This document shows positions 26,734 to 39,090 of a stretch of 64,000 nucleotides of DNA, in pieces (position 1 is the stretch's first letter; each line of letters starts with the position of its first letter). The notes below the pieces were generated by a model. It made no database searches. It saw nothing but the letters and a program-made list of their open reading frames with translations, and was not told the DNA's origin. The DNA lies in assembly GCA_951406725.2 (NCBI GenBank), contig OX597823.1, positions 97,340,001 through 97,404,000 on the forward strand, in the 5' to 3' direction. Both the position numbers and the translations under genes were made by a program. Source of the DNA: Octopus vulgaris. Lineage: Eukaryota.

Positions 26734-26800
26734 CTATGTTCAACTAAATAGCCACATCTGAGTATTGTATTTGCAGATGTGGCTATTTAGTTGAACATAG
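26734..26800. repeat. Perfect 27-bp inverted repeat with a 13-nt loop
   Basis: ctatgttcaactaaatagccacatctg / cagatgtggctatttagttgaacatag. Confidence 0.9.
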
Positions 26801-26993
26801 AATACACAAAATATAGCAAGTTTCATTGAAAATAAGTTAAATCAAATTGAAGTCCATAAAATATTTAAAAGAATGCTTGGACAGAAGTATTGATATGGAT
26901 TAAATGATTATATGTTGATAAAGTGTTTTGAATTCTTAGAATCTTTGCAGTATTCTATGTTTATCATACTACAACATTATTTTTTCCTCTAAG

Positions 26994-27080
26994 GTACCAA
27001 GTACACAGTTGATGTATTTGCTATTAATTATATTGGAACTAGTACCAAAAGTAGCCTATCTTTTACAACTCCATCTAAAG
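26994..27080 (+). CDS. FN3-repeat protein exon E (second half of FN3 domain 3; absent from ORF track)
   Basis: cctctaag|GT phase 1-1, 87 nt. Completes FLP-G-TKYTVDVFAINYIGTSTKSSLSFTTPSK; donor G|gtaagt. Confidence 0.9.
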
Positions 27081-27899
27081 GTAAGTCTATTTTAATCATT
27101 TCTATTTTAATATATATTTCAGGCATTTGATATCATCAAATTATTTTAGACTATGTTCTACAGAGCTACAGGTGCTAAATTATTGATCAAATGTTATAAT
27201 TTACATACCTGTAGGTGATGCATTTTAACCTAAATATTCTCTGCTGATACTATCATAAATTTAATACAATGTTCTTTTCTATAAGTGTGTGTGTGTGTGT
27301 GTGTGTGAAATTTATAGAAAAACAAAAGACGAAGACAGGTGTATGAACAACAAGCAAGTGTTTTAGTTTGACGCTCAGGAAAAATGAATTAGTCTTTTAT
27401 GTTTCAAGCTTATGCTCTTCAGCAGAAAGGAATAAGAGAAAATAAACAGAGTGAGAATGAAAAAAACTTGTAGATTTCAAAGGTCCGACATGGCAAATAT
27501 ATATATATATATTACTTATTATACTGACCCAATGTTGGACTTTCTTGATAACATGCATTGTAATATCAACCAGTCTTCAATTATTATCAGAAAGAGCTAT
27601 AAAGATAAGACTTAATTATATATTTACATTCATATCATACAAAGCCTCTTAAATACACGTTAATGTGTTTTTGTGTGTGTGTGTGTGTGTGTATACTTAC
27701 AAATTAATTTTTACTTATTCCACCATGAGATTAATTGCATACAGTTAAGCAGAAATTGATGAGGGCTAGGCATCAAGATGTGGTGAGTCTTACAATAGAG
27801 AAAAATTATAGCAGCATCCATTAGCTTTAGAAAAGATATAGTCATAGAGAACTATAGAGAGAGAGTTCAAGCTAGTAATTCAAATTGAGGAAACATCAC

Positions 27900-28960
27900 A
27901 ATGTGCAAGTGGCTATAATGGTCCTAGAGTGCACTTAAGTGAAGATTTTGTAAAAAATGACAGACTGGAATTGGTAGCTTTTGGTTCCTAGTTTGTCACA
28001 CTCTCCAGTGGAAACCTAGAGTACTACAAAAATTTTTATTTTAGCAGAACTTGGGATCTGCTCTGTAAGCATTATTACTCCATACCAGGCTTGTTCAATA
28101 CTGTCTTGGCAGCCATCTGTTGCAGCTGGCAGCAAACCAGAAGCATGGAGCAGTGACACTGCAGATGAAAGATTCAACAATTGGTACAAAAAAACCAACT
28201 TCAGGCACATAACTCTCCAAAAGTTGAAGACTTTGGTAAAGATGCTAATTAAGAGGCTGTCATTTATCATTGTTAGTGTTTTCTATGATGCATGAAGTTG
28301 TATGCTCTCAAATATTTCTATTCAGGTCAAGTTCCACTTTATGTGATACATTGTAGACTAGGCCAAGAATAGATCTGATTTTCATGAATAGATCTGATCA
28401 ATACAGATCAGTATAAAACTTACATAAAAATTGGAAATTTCTACATAATAGCTATCCTTAGAACTGATGGTTTCAGTCCCAGCTTCAGAAGCTGGATTAC
28501 ATCAATGTACCATGGCGTCTGTTCAGTGCTCAAACTAAATGGCCACTTCTCAGAACTGTTTTGCACCAAATCATATTCTGCATATACCGATAGCATTACA
28601 ATCATGGTTTTGGATGCTTCAGAGATAGTAGTCGACATCATACTGGGGGAGTACCAAGAGTGTACAGGAGTATTCATCAACTGGGACAAGTCAGTGGGCT
28701 TGCAACTAAGCACCCAAAGAGGATAATGATGCTATTCAATGTCAGTTTCTGTTGCAGGACTCAGTCCAGTAAAATGAATTGCCATTGGTTAAGATGCTTT
28801 GGGTTTGGCTTCGATTGACTCTCCAGATGGATGAGAATTAAAAATAGGAAAGTAGTCAGTCATACACAAAAAGGAGTTGAGAGGAAGTTGTCTCTGGAAT
28901 GTTTAAGCAGAAGTTGCTAACACTTATAACATCTTAATGGATATTGCTGTCTGATTATTA
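27900..28960 (+). mobile_element. Heavily degraded Tx1/L1-clade LINE ORF2 fragment
   Basis: AYTDSITI (degenerate YADD), YQECTGVFINWDKSVGLQL and the downstream ERKLSL...AEVANTY resemble the Tx1-type RT C-terminal region. Many stops. Confidence 0.6.
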
Positions 28961-29077
28961 AATCTTGTCCCCAGAAACATCTGAGCATATTTTTCAATTT
29001 CTTACAGATGGGAGAGATAGTAGTAGCAGTGTTTTTTTCTCTTTCTTTATCTCACAACCTCTTTTTCTTTTTTCCAG

Positions 29078-29265
29078 TTCCTGGTGTTGTAAACATCAAA
29101 ATCAGTGAAATAACAGCTTTTAATGTCACTATTTCCTTAAGTCACCCAGAGACTTTTATGGGAAACATCCTTGGGTATTTTATTGAGATTTACAAAGGTC
29201 AAAAGATGCCAACTGATAAAAAACCACTGAAAATATATCACATAAAATGTTATAACTGTTCACAG
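29078..29265 (+). CDS. FN3-repeat protein exon F (first half of FN3 domain 4)
   Basis: tttccag|TT phase 1: VPGVVNIKISEITAFNVTISLSHPETFMGNILGYFIEIY...KCYNCSQ, donor CAG|gtaaag phase 0. Confidence 0.9.
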
Positions 29266-30038
29266 GTAAAGACCCATGCATTTCAGTCTTACATATTTCT
29301 GTATTTCATAAACAATAAGCTTCGGGGTGGGGGCTGGTTTAAACTGTTGATCAGTAGTTCAAATTTTGTTCTGTATTTACCTGACAAAACATGATACAGT
29401 ACTTTATGGCTGTTGTTTAATCCCTGTGACAGCTCTGATGAAACAGACCTATGATTAACAGTGTTTTTTCTGTAATAAACACATCTTTTTATTTCTCCAA
29501 AACATTTTTGCTTTTAGGATAGCATTGCATTAACAAGGCATCATGGAGGCAAAGTGGCTGTGTTCTCCCAATAATCCAACCCACTTTGTACCTTGAAGGT
29601 CTACTCTGACACCTCTTTATCATTATTTATAACTCCTCTATAGCAAGAAACCTATTCTGCTCTGGTACCCTCTTTCATAGTTTACCCGTCTACTTTTTCT
29701 CCAAGCATAAAGCTTTCTCTCCCCCACTTGGAGTTTGTAGTCTTGCAAACTGCTTGATGGCTTCACAAGTGCTGGTGACACAAAAAAGAACTTTGTGAAC
29801 ACTGTAAAGTGGTTGGCATTAGGAAGGGCATTTAGCCATAGAAACCATGCCAAACAGACACTAGAATATGATGCAGTCATTAGGCCTATCAGTTCCCATC
29901 AAGCTACCCAGCCCTTACCAGTATGGAACTGGGATGTAAAATGATGATGATTATATAAATGTGTGTGTGTGTGTGTATATGTATATACATACATACATAC
30001 ATACATACACACATACATACATACGTACATACATATAT

Positions 30039-30210
30039 ACTAGCAGAATAGCTCGGCGTTGCTCAGGTTTGTTTTCTTTTTGACCCTTTAGAATTGAAAT
30101 ATTTGAAAAGTAAAAATTTTGCATTATGTAGCTTGTTATTCCCTTTAAGTTGACATTTTTCTGGTTGAAATACACTGAAAATGGTGACACAGCAGTCAAA
30201 AAATCGTATA
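30039..30210 (-). mobile_element. 3' end of Helitron-like family B
   Basis: Minus strand acctgagcaacgccgagctattctgCTAGt. The body matches 38935-39075. Confidence 0.6.
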
Positions 30211-30262
30211 TGTGTGTATATTCATATATTTATATGTATATATATATATCTATATATATGTG

Positions 30263-30303
<41 letters not shown>

Positions 30304-30341
30304 AATGTTTACCAGGTGTAAACCATTTGTTTTATTATCCA

Positions 30342-30404
<63 letters not shown>

Positions 30405-30518
30405 AACACACACACTTCTATGTGAGGCTGCATATGAATATTCAATTGTTTGATCATTCTATAGCTTAAGAAACAGAACGGGTGTAAAAGTATGTATCCT
30501 TGTTTTTCTCATTGATAG

Positions 30519-30717
30519 GCATATGCTTCCAGACCTGGCAGCTGTCCTTGTTCCCAACCATGTAATAATATGCAAGAGAAAACTCTCCACAGCTTGGGAG
30601 AACACTTTTCTTTGAATTCACTGACTCCAGCTACATCTTACTTAATATCAGCCCAAGCTTATACATCTGCTGGTTGTGGTAATATAAGTGAGAAAATCTT
30701 CATGACAAATGAAAGTA
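30519..30717 (+). CDS. FN3-repeat protein exon G (Cys-rich insert plus second half of FN3 domain 4; absent from ORF track)
   Basis: ttgatag|GCA phase 0, 199 nt: AYASRPGSCPCSQPCNN...FSLNSLTPATSYLISAQAYTSAGCGNISEKIFMTNES, donor A|gtaagt phase 1. Confidence 0.9.
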
Positions 30718-31404
30718 GTAAGTAGACAGAAGAGATTATGTGGTTAAGACAGTGAGATATGACTGAGTGGTTAAGAAAGTAAAGGCCTTGCAGAATGGTT
30801 CAGCAGTTTGCATTACAGACATATATAATTCTTAGTTGGATCCCACTACATGACAGTTTGGGCTTGTATTCTCTACCGTAGCCCTCAGGTTTACCAAAAC
30901 CTTCGCAAGTGAAATTTGTTACACAGAAACTGTTGGAAGCTGGTCATACACACACACACAAACACACACACACACACACGAACACACACGCACACACACA
31001 CACACACACATAATTTAGAAGGCTTGGAGGTGATATACAGATATTATATATTAGAAAAAATAAGGTATTCAGAGATCTGGATGGTTGTACATATACAAAT
31101 ATTTATTAACATGTCACATACTTTTACAAATCACATATAAGAGCTTTCATCTACTCTAATAGATTCTTCTGATTTAAATTGTGTGAATGGATTTGTTTCT
31201 TTTTATAGTATTAGTGAATGGGTTATGGTGGAGAGAAAGAGAGGGGGAGAGAAGAGTAATGTGGAGCGTAAAGGGTAGGGAATGAGGGAGAGGAATGGAG
31301 AGATAGTGGAGGGAGAAAGTGAGAGAGAGTATGTGTGTTTGTGTGTGTGCATGGGTGTGTGGGCGTGTGTGCATGTGTGCGTGTGTGTGTGTGTGTGCCT
31401 GTGT

Positions 31405-31655
31405 ATCTGAAAGTGTGCAAGAGAGGTGACTGTGCTGGTATGGTCATGTGATACATATGGATGAAGGCAGATATGTATAGAAATGCTGATTTTTTAACTG
31501 TGGAAGGAACACGGGGTAAAGGTAGACCTAAGAACATATGGGACGAGGTGGTGAAGCACGATCTTCAAACTTTGAGCCTCACAGAACTAACGACTAGTGA
31601 CCAAGACCTTTGGCAATATGTTGTGCTTGAGAGAACCTGTCAAGCCAAGTGCACC
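31405..31655 (+). mobile_element. RTE LINE 3' fragment
   Basis: VEGTRGKGRPKNIWDEVVKHDL matches the 17307 copy. Confidence 0.8.
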
Positions 31656-31882
31656 AGTAACTAGTTCTAATTTTTATGCTTGTTAAAAACTTGCAGTCAT
31701 TCCCTATGTGTGCCCAGCTAAATGCCTGGAAAAGAATAATCGCTGCCAGAGCTTGATTTTCCTTTGATGCACTCCTTTGAAAAATCATTTAATTCTGTAA
31801 ATAAGAATTTTATCTAAATTATATCATGTTTTTGCCTGTAAGACATTATCATTACTATTTTCTTTTTCTTTGTTTGTTTCAG

Positions 31883-32152
31883 CTCCATCTAAAGTGCAAA
31901 ATCTTGTTATTAATATAACTGAAACTGAGGCTTATATGGAATGGCAAGAGCCCAAACATCCTAATGGAAAAATACAGTATTATTTGCTCTATCTCTACCA
32001 TAATGATTCGCTTAGTGTATTAGGAAATAGCACTGAAAAGAACTTTGTGTTTGAAAATCTTGAACCATATCAAAATTATACAGTCAGTATCGTTGCCATG
32101 AATTCCCTGCCAGGTGAAAAATACACTCGAAAATTCAAGACAAAGATTGGTG
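31883..32152 (+). CDS. FN3-repeat protein exon H1 (FN3 domain 5)
   Basis: gtttcag|CT, 270 nt, phase 1-1: PSKVQNLVINITETEAYMEWQEPKHPNGKIQYY...NLEPYQNYTVSIVAMN...KTKIG, donor G|gtaaat. Confidence 0.92.
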
Positions 32153-32899
32153 GTAAATTGTTCTATTTTAATAATTCTTTTTATATTTGTAAATGAAATT
32201 TGTAAGAGTGATTTGCTGTACTTGATGAGATGCATCAAGCTAAGTAAAAATTGCTGCCTCTCACACATACAAGCTTGTTTTTTCAGGTGTCAGTGCCACA
32301 TAAAATGCACCTGTGCCAATACTGCATAAACACACGCATGCCAGTGGCACATAAAAAGCACCAAGCACACTCTTTTAAGAGATTGGCCTTAGGAAGGGCA
32401 TCCAGCTGTAGAAACCACACCACAGCAGACAGTTGGAGTCTGGACAGCTCTCTGCCAACCAGCTCCATGTCAAACCGTCCAACCCATGTCAACATGGAAA
32501 ACAGACATTAAACAATGATAACGATGATGATGATGAAATGCATCTTCTGGTCATTTGATTAGCATATCTTAAAAAGAGCTATGATATGTTTAACCCTTTG
32601 GTATTCAGATTACTTCATCAAATGTAATGCTTATTTGTTCGTATTGTTTTGAAGGCTTTGATATTTTAGTGAAGTGATTATTTATTTTTGAAATGACATT
32701 GTGGAGTAGGTGTGAGAGGCCAGATCTAGTCAGCTTGCATGTAAAACGGGCAGAATATTTTGGGCTGGATATGGCCAGTTTAAATGCTAATGGATTAATA
32801 AGAGAACAAAGAGCTTTTGCCTTGCCAGATGCCTTTTTTGACAGTATATGATATTGCATCTGTATAATCTATGTGTGTATACTTACACTTATTAGTGCA

Positions 32900-32967
<68 letters not shown>

Positions 32968-33019
32968 GTATATGCACCAAGATATTAAGACATATTTTCT
33001 TTTTCTTTGTTTGTTTCAG

Positions 33020-33289
33020 CTCCATCTAAAGTGCAAAATCTTGTTATTAATATAACTGAAACTGAGGCTTATATGGAATGGCAAGAGCCCAAACATCCTA
33101 ATGGAAAAATACAGTATTATTTGCTCTATCTCTACCATAATGATTCGCTTAGTGTATTAGGAAATAGCACTGAAAAGAACTTTGTGTTTGAAAATCTTGA
33201 ACCATATCAACATTATACAGTCAGTATCGTTGCCATGAATTCCCTGACAGGTGAAAATTGCACTCGAAAATTCAAGACAAAGATTGGTG
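33020..33289 (+). CDS. FN3-repeat protein exon H2 (FN3 domain 6; duplicate of H1)
   Basis: Same splice sites and frame as H1, with 4 substitutions seen. Confidence 0.85.
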
Positions 33290-34036
33290 GTAAATTGTTC
33301 TATTTTAATAATTCTTTTTATATTTGTAAATGTAATTTGTAAGAGTGATTTGCCATACTTGATGAGATGCATCAAGCTAAGTAAAAATTGCTGCTTCTCA
33401 CACATACAAGCTTGTTTTTTCAGGTGTCAGTGCCACATAAAATGCACCTGTGCCAATACTGCATACACACACGCATGCCAGTGGCACATAAAAAGCACCA
33501 AGCACACTCTTTTAAGAGATTGGCCTTAGGAAGGGCATCCAGCTGTAGAAACAACACCACAGCAGACAGTTGGAGTCTGGACAGCTCTCTGCCAACCAGC
33601 TCCATGTCAAACTGTCCAACCCATGTCAACATGGAAAACAGACATTAAACAATGATAACGATGATGATGATGAAATGCATCTTCTGGTCATTTGATTAGC
33701 ATATCTTAAAAAGAGCTATGATATGTTTAACCCTTTGGTATTCAGATTACTTCATCAAATGTAATGCTTATTTGTTCGTATTGTTTTGAAGGCTTTGATA
33801 TTTTAGTGAAGTGATTATTTATTTTTGAAATGACATTGTGGAGTAGGTGTGAGAGGCCAGATCTAGTCAGCTTGCATGTAAAACGGGCAGAATATTTTGG
33901 GCTGGATATGGCCAGTTTAAATGCTAATGGATTAATAAGAGAACAAAGAGCTTTTGCCTTGCCAGATGCCTTTTTTGACAGTATATGATATTGCATCTGT
34001 ATAATCTATGTGTGTATACTTACACTTATTAGTGCA

Positions 34037-34080
<44 letters not shown>

Positions 34081-34259
34081 GTATATGCACCAAGATATTA
34101 AGACATAATGAAAATATTTTATGCTCATTCATTTCAAGTTGATAATGTATTATCACCATGCTTCTGTTCATTTCTTATTGAAATATTTTTAACACTTTAT
34201 GCATAGATTCTTCTTCAGATTATCACTACATGCTTGGTTTATTTTCTCCTCCTTCACAG

Positions 34260-34526
34260 CACCAGAACCTGTAAACATCACTCTTGTCGATAAAACTAGT
34301 AAATCAATAACTATAAAGTGGAAATCCCTGCACCCCAATGGACCAATCAAAAAATATATTGTCAGCTGGAAAACTGTTAAAGAAAGTTCTATGATTAGAA
34401 CTATGAAAAATACTTATACCATAACTGATCTTGAACCCTACAGAAATTATACGATCAAAGTAAAAATCTGTAATACCAAATATTGTACAAACAGTGAATC
34501 ATTATATGCACAAACAAAGATTGGAG
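34260..34526 (+). CDS. FN3-repeat protein exon I (FN3 domain 7)
   Basis: ttcacag|CA, 267 nt, phase 1-1: APEPVNITLVDKTSKSITIKW...PNGPIKKYIVSW...ITDLEPYRNYTIKV...QTKIG, donor G|gtttgt. Confidence 0.9.
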
Positions 34527-34842
34527 GTTTGTAAATATATTTATAATTACTGGCCGAACCAGTGAATATTTCATGCAATTAATAGTAAACCTATAGAGTT
34601 ATTTCTGAAAATTTTATCCAAAATGTCTGAAAGTGTATCCTGTGTTGTATAAGAATAGAAAGATAGTCACTCATCTGCTAATCATTGAAAAGTGAAAGAA
34701 ATTGGAATACAATGATTACTTAATACTCTTTATACATACATTTTATATACTTTATGCATAATTTTATAGTTGTAATACACAGTGCTCAGGTATTAAATAT
34801 TCACTCATCTATTTTCCCCCATAAACAAAAAAAAAATCACCA

Positions 34843-35222
34843 TACTCTTTTACTCTGTTACTTGTTTCAGTCATTTGACTGTGGCCATGCTGGAGCACCG
34901 CCTTTAGTCGAGCAAAATACCCCAGGACTTATTCTTTGGAAGCCTAGTACTTATTCTATCGGTCTCTACTGCCGAACCACTAAGTTACGGGGACATAAAC
35001 ACACCAGCATCGGTTGTCAAGCAATGTTGGGGTGGGGGAACAAACACACATACATATACATATATATGACAGGCTTCTTTCAGTTTCCATCTACCAAATC
35101 CACTCACAAGGCTTTGGTCAGCCCGAGGCTATAGTAGAAGACACTTGCCCAAGGTGCCACGCAGTGGGACTGAACCTGGAATCATGTGGTTCATACAGCA
35201 AGCTAATTACCACACAGCCACT
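34843..35222 (-). mobile_element. SINE family A
   Basis: Same head and tail as 20260-20628. Confidence 0.85.
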
Positions 35223-35632
35223 GTCGATTATTTGTATTAATTCCAGTACTCAGCCAGTTGTGGGGCACATGGCTTAGTGGTTATGGATAATGTACTCATA
35301 ATTGTAAGGTTGTTGCTTTGAATCCTGCAGTATGTTGTGTTTTTTGAGCAAAACACTTCATTTCACATTGCTCCAGCTAACTCAGCAAGCAAAAATGAGT
35401 AATCTTGCAACAAACTGGTATCCTGACTGGGTTGGAGTGGAATATATATGTCACAGTATGCTGGAAAAGGGTCTGATAAACCTATGGCTCCTGCTGGACC
35501 TTTGATCTTGTTGACTTAATTTACTATTTATTTTACCGGATCTCTGTTGAGTAATTAATATAGTTATATTGAGTTACCTCCCTTGATGCTGGTGTGTTTA
35601 CGTCCCTGTAACTTAGTGGTTTGGTAAAAGAG

Positions 35633-35732
35633 NNNNNNNNNNNNNNNNNNNNNNNNNNNNNNNNNNNNNNNNNNNNNNNNNNNNNNNNNNNNNNNNNNNN
35701 NNNNNNNNNNNNNNNNNNNNNNNNNNNNNNNN
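35633..35732. other. Assembly gap (exactly 100 N, probably a placeholder length)
   Basis: Directly visible. Confidence 0.99.
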
Positions 35733-36159
35733 AAGTTCGTCAGGCGGCGTTCTTTGATGTATCTGTTTGCATTCATAGGAGAATTATCATCGCTACCAAC
35801 AACACACAATCATGAGAACAAATATTATGAATCAGATATTCTTGCATTCATTTATATGTGTGTGTGTGTGTGTTCTATATATAAATATGTATATATAATG
35901 TATGTGTGTGTGTGTGTGTTCTATATATAAATATGTATATATAATGTATGTGTGTGTGTGTGTGTGTTCTATATATAAATATGTATATATAATTTATATA
36001 TACAAAGTGTATATATCTGTATTTATGTATATTAAACTTTTTCATACTTTTTCATAGTTATATATATTTTTAAACAAATTATAAATATAATTTAATAATT
36101 TTTATTTTCAATTTAAATAATTTAAATTTTTCAATTTTATATTTTCTATATTTTCTATA

Positions 36160-37262
36160 TTTGATTTGATTTTGATTTTTCCAGTTTCAGCTAATGAGCT
36201 GTGGCCATGCTGGGGCACCGCCATTTGGTTTGCTACACGATTTTACCTCACGGATGCTTTTTAGCACACGCCATCTGATGCATGAGAGAGTTCGATGCAG
36301 CTGCCCTCATCTGCACCACCTGCCGTGAAGTTGGTTCATCCGGGACACCTGACAGGAAGAGGTCCAGTCCTACTTTCTTAAAGACATCCGCATCTACACC
36401 ATGCAGGTCCTTCAGGTTCTTTGGGAGGATATTGAAGAGCTGTGGGCCTCTGAAGCCCAGGCTATCACAATATCTTGTCCTACATCTTCATGGCAAATTT
36501 GGAGTCCTTGGTACTACGCAGTGGCGCCCGGTTCTGGCATTTGTGTGACTCTCGATGACAAAGTTTGGGACAAGTCCTTCCAGGATCTTCCAGATATATA
36601 TTATGGCATATCTTTCTCGCCTACGCTCAGGGAATAGAGCTTTAATCTCTTGAGTCTTTCCCAGTAGCTCATATGCTGCACAGAGGCTATCTTCTTTCGT
36701 GTAGCTTCATTGGATCGCCTCAAGTTCTGTGATCAACTTGACACTGGATGGTGACCATAGCTGAGAGCAATAGTCAAAGTGGCTTAGGACAAGTGTCTTC
36801 CAGAGGACCATCATGGTTTCTTGTTCTCTTGTTCTAAAGGTTCTAAGAATCCATCAGCCAGCCGTCTACATTTCATTGCCAGTTTAGCAACATGTACATG
36901 AAAGGTCGCGTCATCACTCATGTGAATACCCAAGTCACGCACTGATTGTGCCTCTGGGATTGCAATTCCTCCGGGTCCAGTGTATTCATTGGGTATTGCA
37001 TTCAGTTTTGCATGCTGATAGTATAAAGCTTGAAACTTTTCAGCATTGAACTGCATGCTATTCTTTTCAGCCCACTTGTATATTTTGTCCAGCTCACATT
37101 GCAGGTGCTTAGTGTCTTCAGGGTTCTGTATTGCCTGTGAGACTTTTGTATCATCTGCATAACTTGTGATCGTGGCTCTCTGCGTGGCTGAGGGCATGTC
37201 TGAGAGGGCCATTATGAACAGTAGTGGTCCCAAAACAGTGCCCGGCGGAACACCGCTCACCA
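36160..37262 (-). mobile_element. 5'-truncated CR1-group LINE (RT C-terminal half), frameshifted
   Basis: SGVPPGTVLGPLLFI...SYADDTK...WAEKNSMQFNAEKF...VRDLG, with an (aaatc)n-type tail at ~36160. Confidence 0.85.
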
Positions 37263-37509
37263 TTTGCGTGTTAATGGAAGTGGCCCCATTGGGGGCCATT
37301 ATATTTATATTATATATTTATATTATATATTTAATATTATATATTTTTTTTAATGTTTTTGTTTTTGGTTTTTCACTGTTTGATTTGCCTATTAGTGGTT
37401 TTATCTCTAATTTAATTTATACAGATATATATCTCATTTGTATACATTTGTATATATAATGCGTCACACACACACACACACACATATATATATACACATA
37501 TATATATAT

Positions 37510-38700
37510 AATGTGTGCATTACGTAGTCGGTCGATTCAGCTGAAAATATGCACACCTATGTTAAAAGTGCTGGCAAGTTTGCATGACAACTATTTTTTT
37601 CCTCAAATGAAAGGCGTCACCTCTAGGACAAAATTCCTCATCTTATAAAATGTGGCCCCAGTAGACCCGAATGAAATCGGGTTATATTAACCAAAATGTG
37701 AAAAGGGGTCTAAATGGGGCTGGAAGGGGATTAAAATTTCAAGGAGTGGATGTTTAGGAATTCTCTGTTACATCAAGCTAAAAAATTTGCGCCAGCCTTT
37801 TCATCGTCAATGTGTTGCCGTCCATGATAAAGAAGTTTTGAATGCTTGCCATGGTGAGTCTACTGTTGTGAGAAAGAATCACTTCAAAACTTGGTGTTTA
37901 CGAATTTTCTTTTACATCAAGTTCAAAATTTTATGCCAGCCGTTAAACTGTCACTACATTGCTGTCCGTCGTTAAGAAATGCCAGCCATGGTGACTCTAC
38001 TATCCTCAGATTCTATCCCTTCAAACTTTGGTTTCCAATATTTTATCATTTTTATTCAGCTCGCAAGTTCGTCTGTCCCTTTTAAATGTTAGCGTTTTGC
38101 TGTCTGCCTTGAAGCAGACCTTTCCGTTGCCACTGCCTGATATTTATGATTGATCTTTCTAAATATTTATTTCTCAACTTACTCAAGATCTTCTGTTGTT
38201 TATAAATGGGAGAGAGATAGGTAAAGATAGAGAGTAAGAGAAAGCGAGGGAGAGTCCGAGAGAAAAGAAAAGTAAGAGAGTGGGAAAGTGAGAGAGAAAG
38301 GAGAGAGAAACAAATACGGAGAATCATCATCATCATCATCGTTTAATGTCTGTTTTCCATGCTAGCACGGGTTGGACAGTGTGACCGGGGTCTGGGAAGC
38401 CGGGAGGCTGCACCAGGCTCGGAGTCCAATCTGGCAGTGTTTCTACAGGTGGATGACCTTCCTAACGCCAACCACTCTGTGAGTGTAGTGGGTGCTTTTT
38501 TCGTGCCGCTGGCACAGGTGCCAGGGGCTCTCAGCAGCAACGATCGGTTGGTGCTTTTTATGTGCCACCAGCACAGAAGCAAGTCAAGGCGGTGCTGCAA
38601 TCGGCCACGTTCGGATGGTGCTTTTTACGTGCTGAAAGGAAGCAACAGAAAGTAACAACCACACTCTTACCCGCGCATAGAGTGGGTCACCTTCAGCTAG
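37510..38700 (+). mobile_element. Helitron-like element (family A 3' end), interrupted by an RTE tail at 38335-38630
   Basis: Ends acccgcgcatagagtgggtcaccttcagCTAG. The 5' boundary is uncertain. Confidence 0.5.
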
Positions 38701-39090
38701 TCTATATATATATAAAGCTGAAGTTGTCTATATATGGCAGGTTTGATAGCCTTTAATTAACACTATCTCCTCCGAGACCCTGTGGTGCAAGTTGACCAAA
38801 ATTGAGAGTATGATAGAAGAAGGCTTGCTCTTCATTCCGTAGAAGAAAATATTCAAATTGGACCATGTTAAGACCAAAAATTATTTACATCAAAAATGTG
38901 CTTTTTTCCTATGAAAATCCCTATTTTTTTACGATGTTTTGACTGCTGTGTCGCCATTTATTGGTGTATTTCAACCAGAAAAATGTTCATTTAAAGAGAA
39001 TAACAAGCTACATGATGCAAAATTTTTACTTTTCAAAAATTCCAAATCTAAAGGGTCGTAAAGAAAACAAACCCGAGCGATACCAGTCTA
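38701..39090 (+). mobile_element. Helitron-like non-autonomous element family B
   Basis: Starts TCtatatatatataaagctgaagttgtc; 3' part is homologous to 30039-30210 (-). Confidence 0.6.

Larger units (their letters stand above)
31856..34107 (+). repeat. Recent tandem duplication of a ~1.14-kb unit containing an FN3 exon, an RTE tail, a piggyBac-like MITE and (TG)n
   Basis: Offset of 1137 bp between near-identical copies (31883 vs 33020). Confidence 0.95.

Noticed and set aside
35855-35995. Three ~48-bp tandem units next to the gap
   Set aside because: A compound (TG)n/(TA)n minisatellite with no sign of function.
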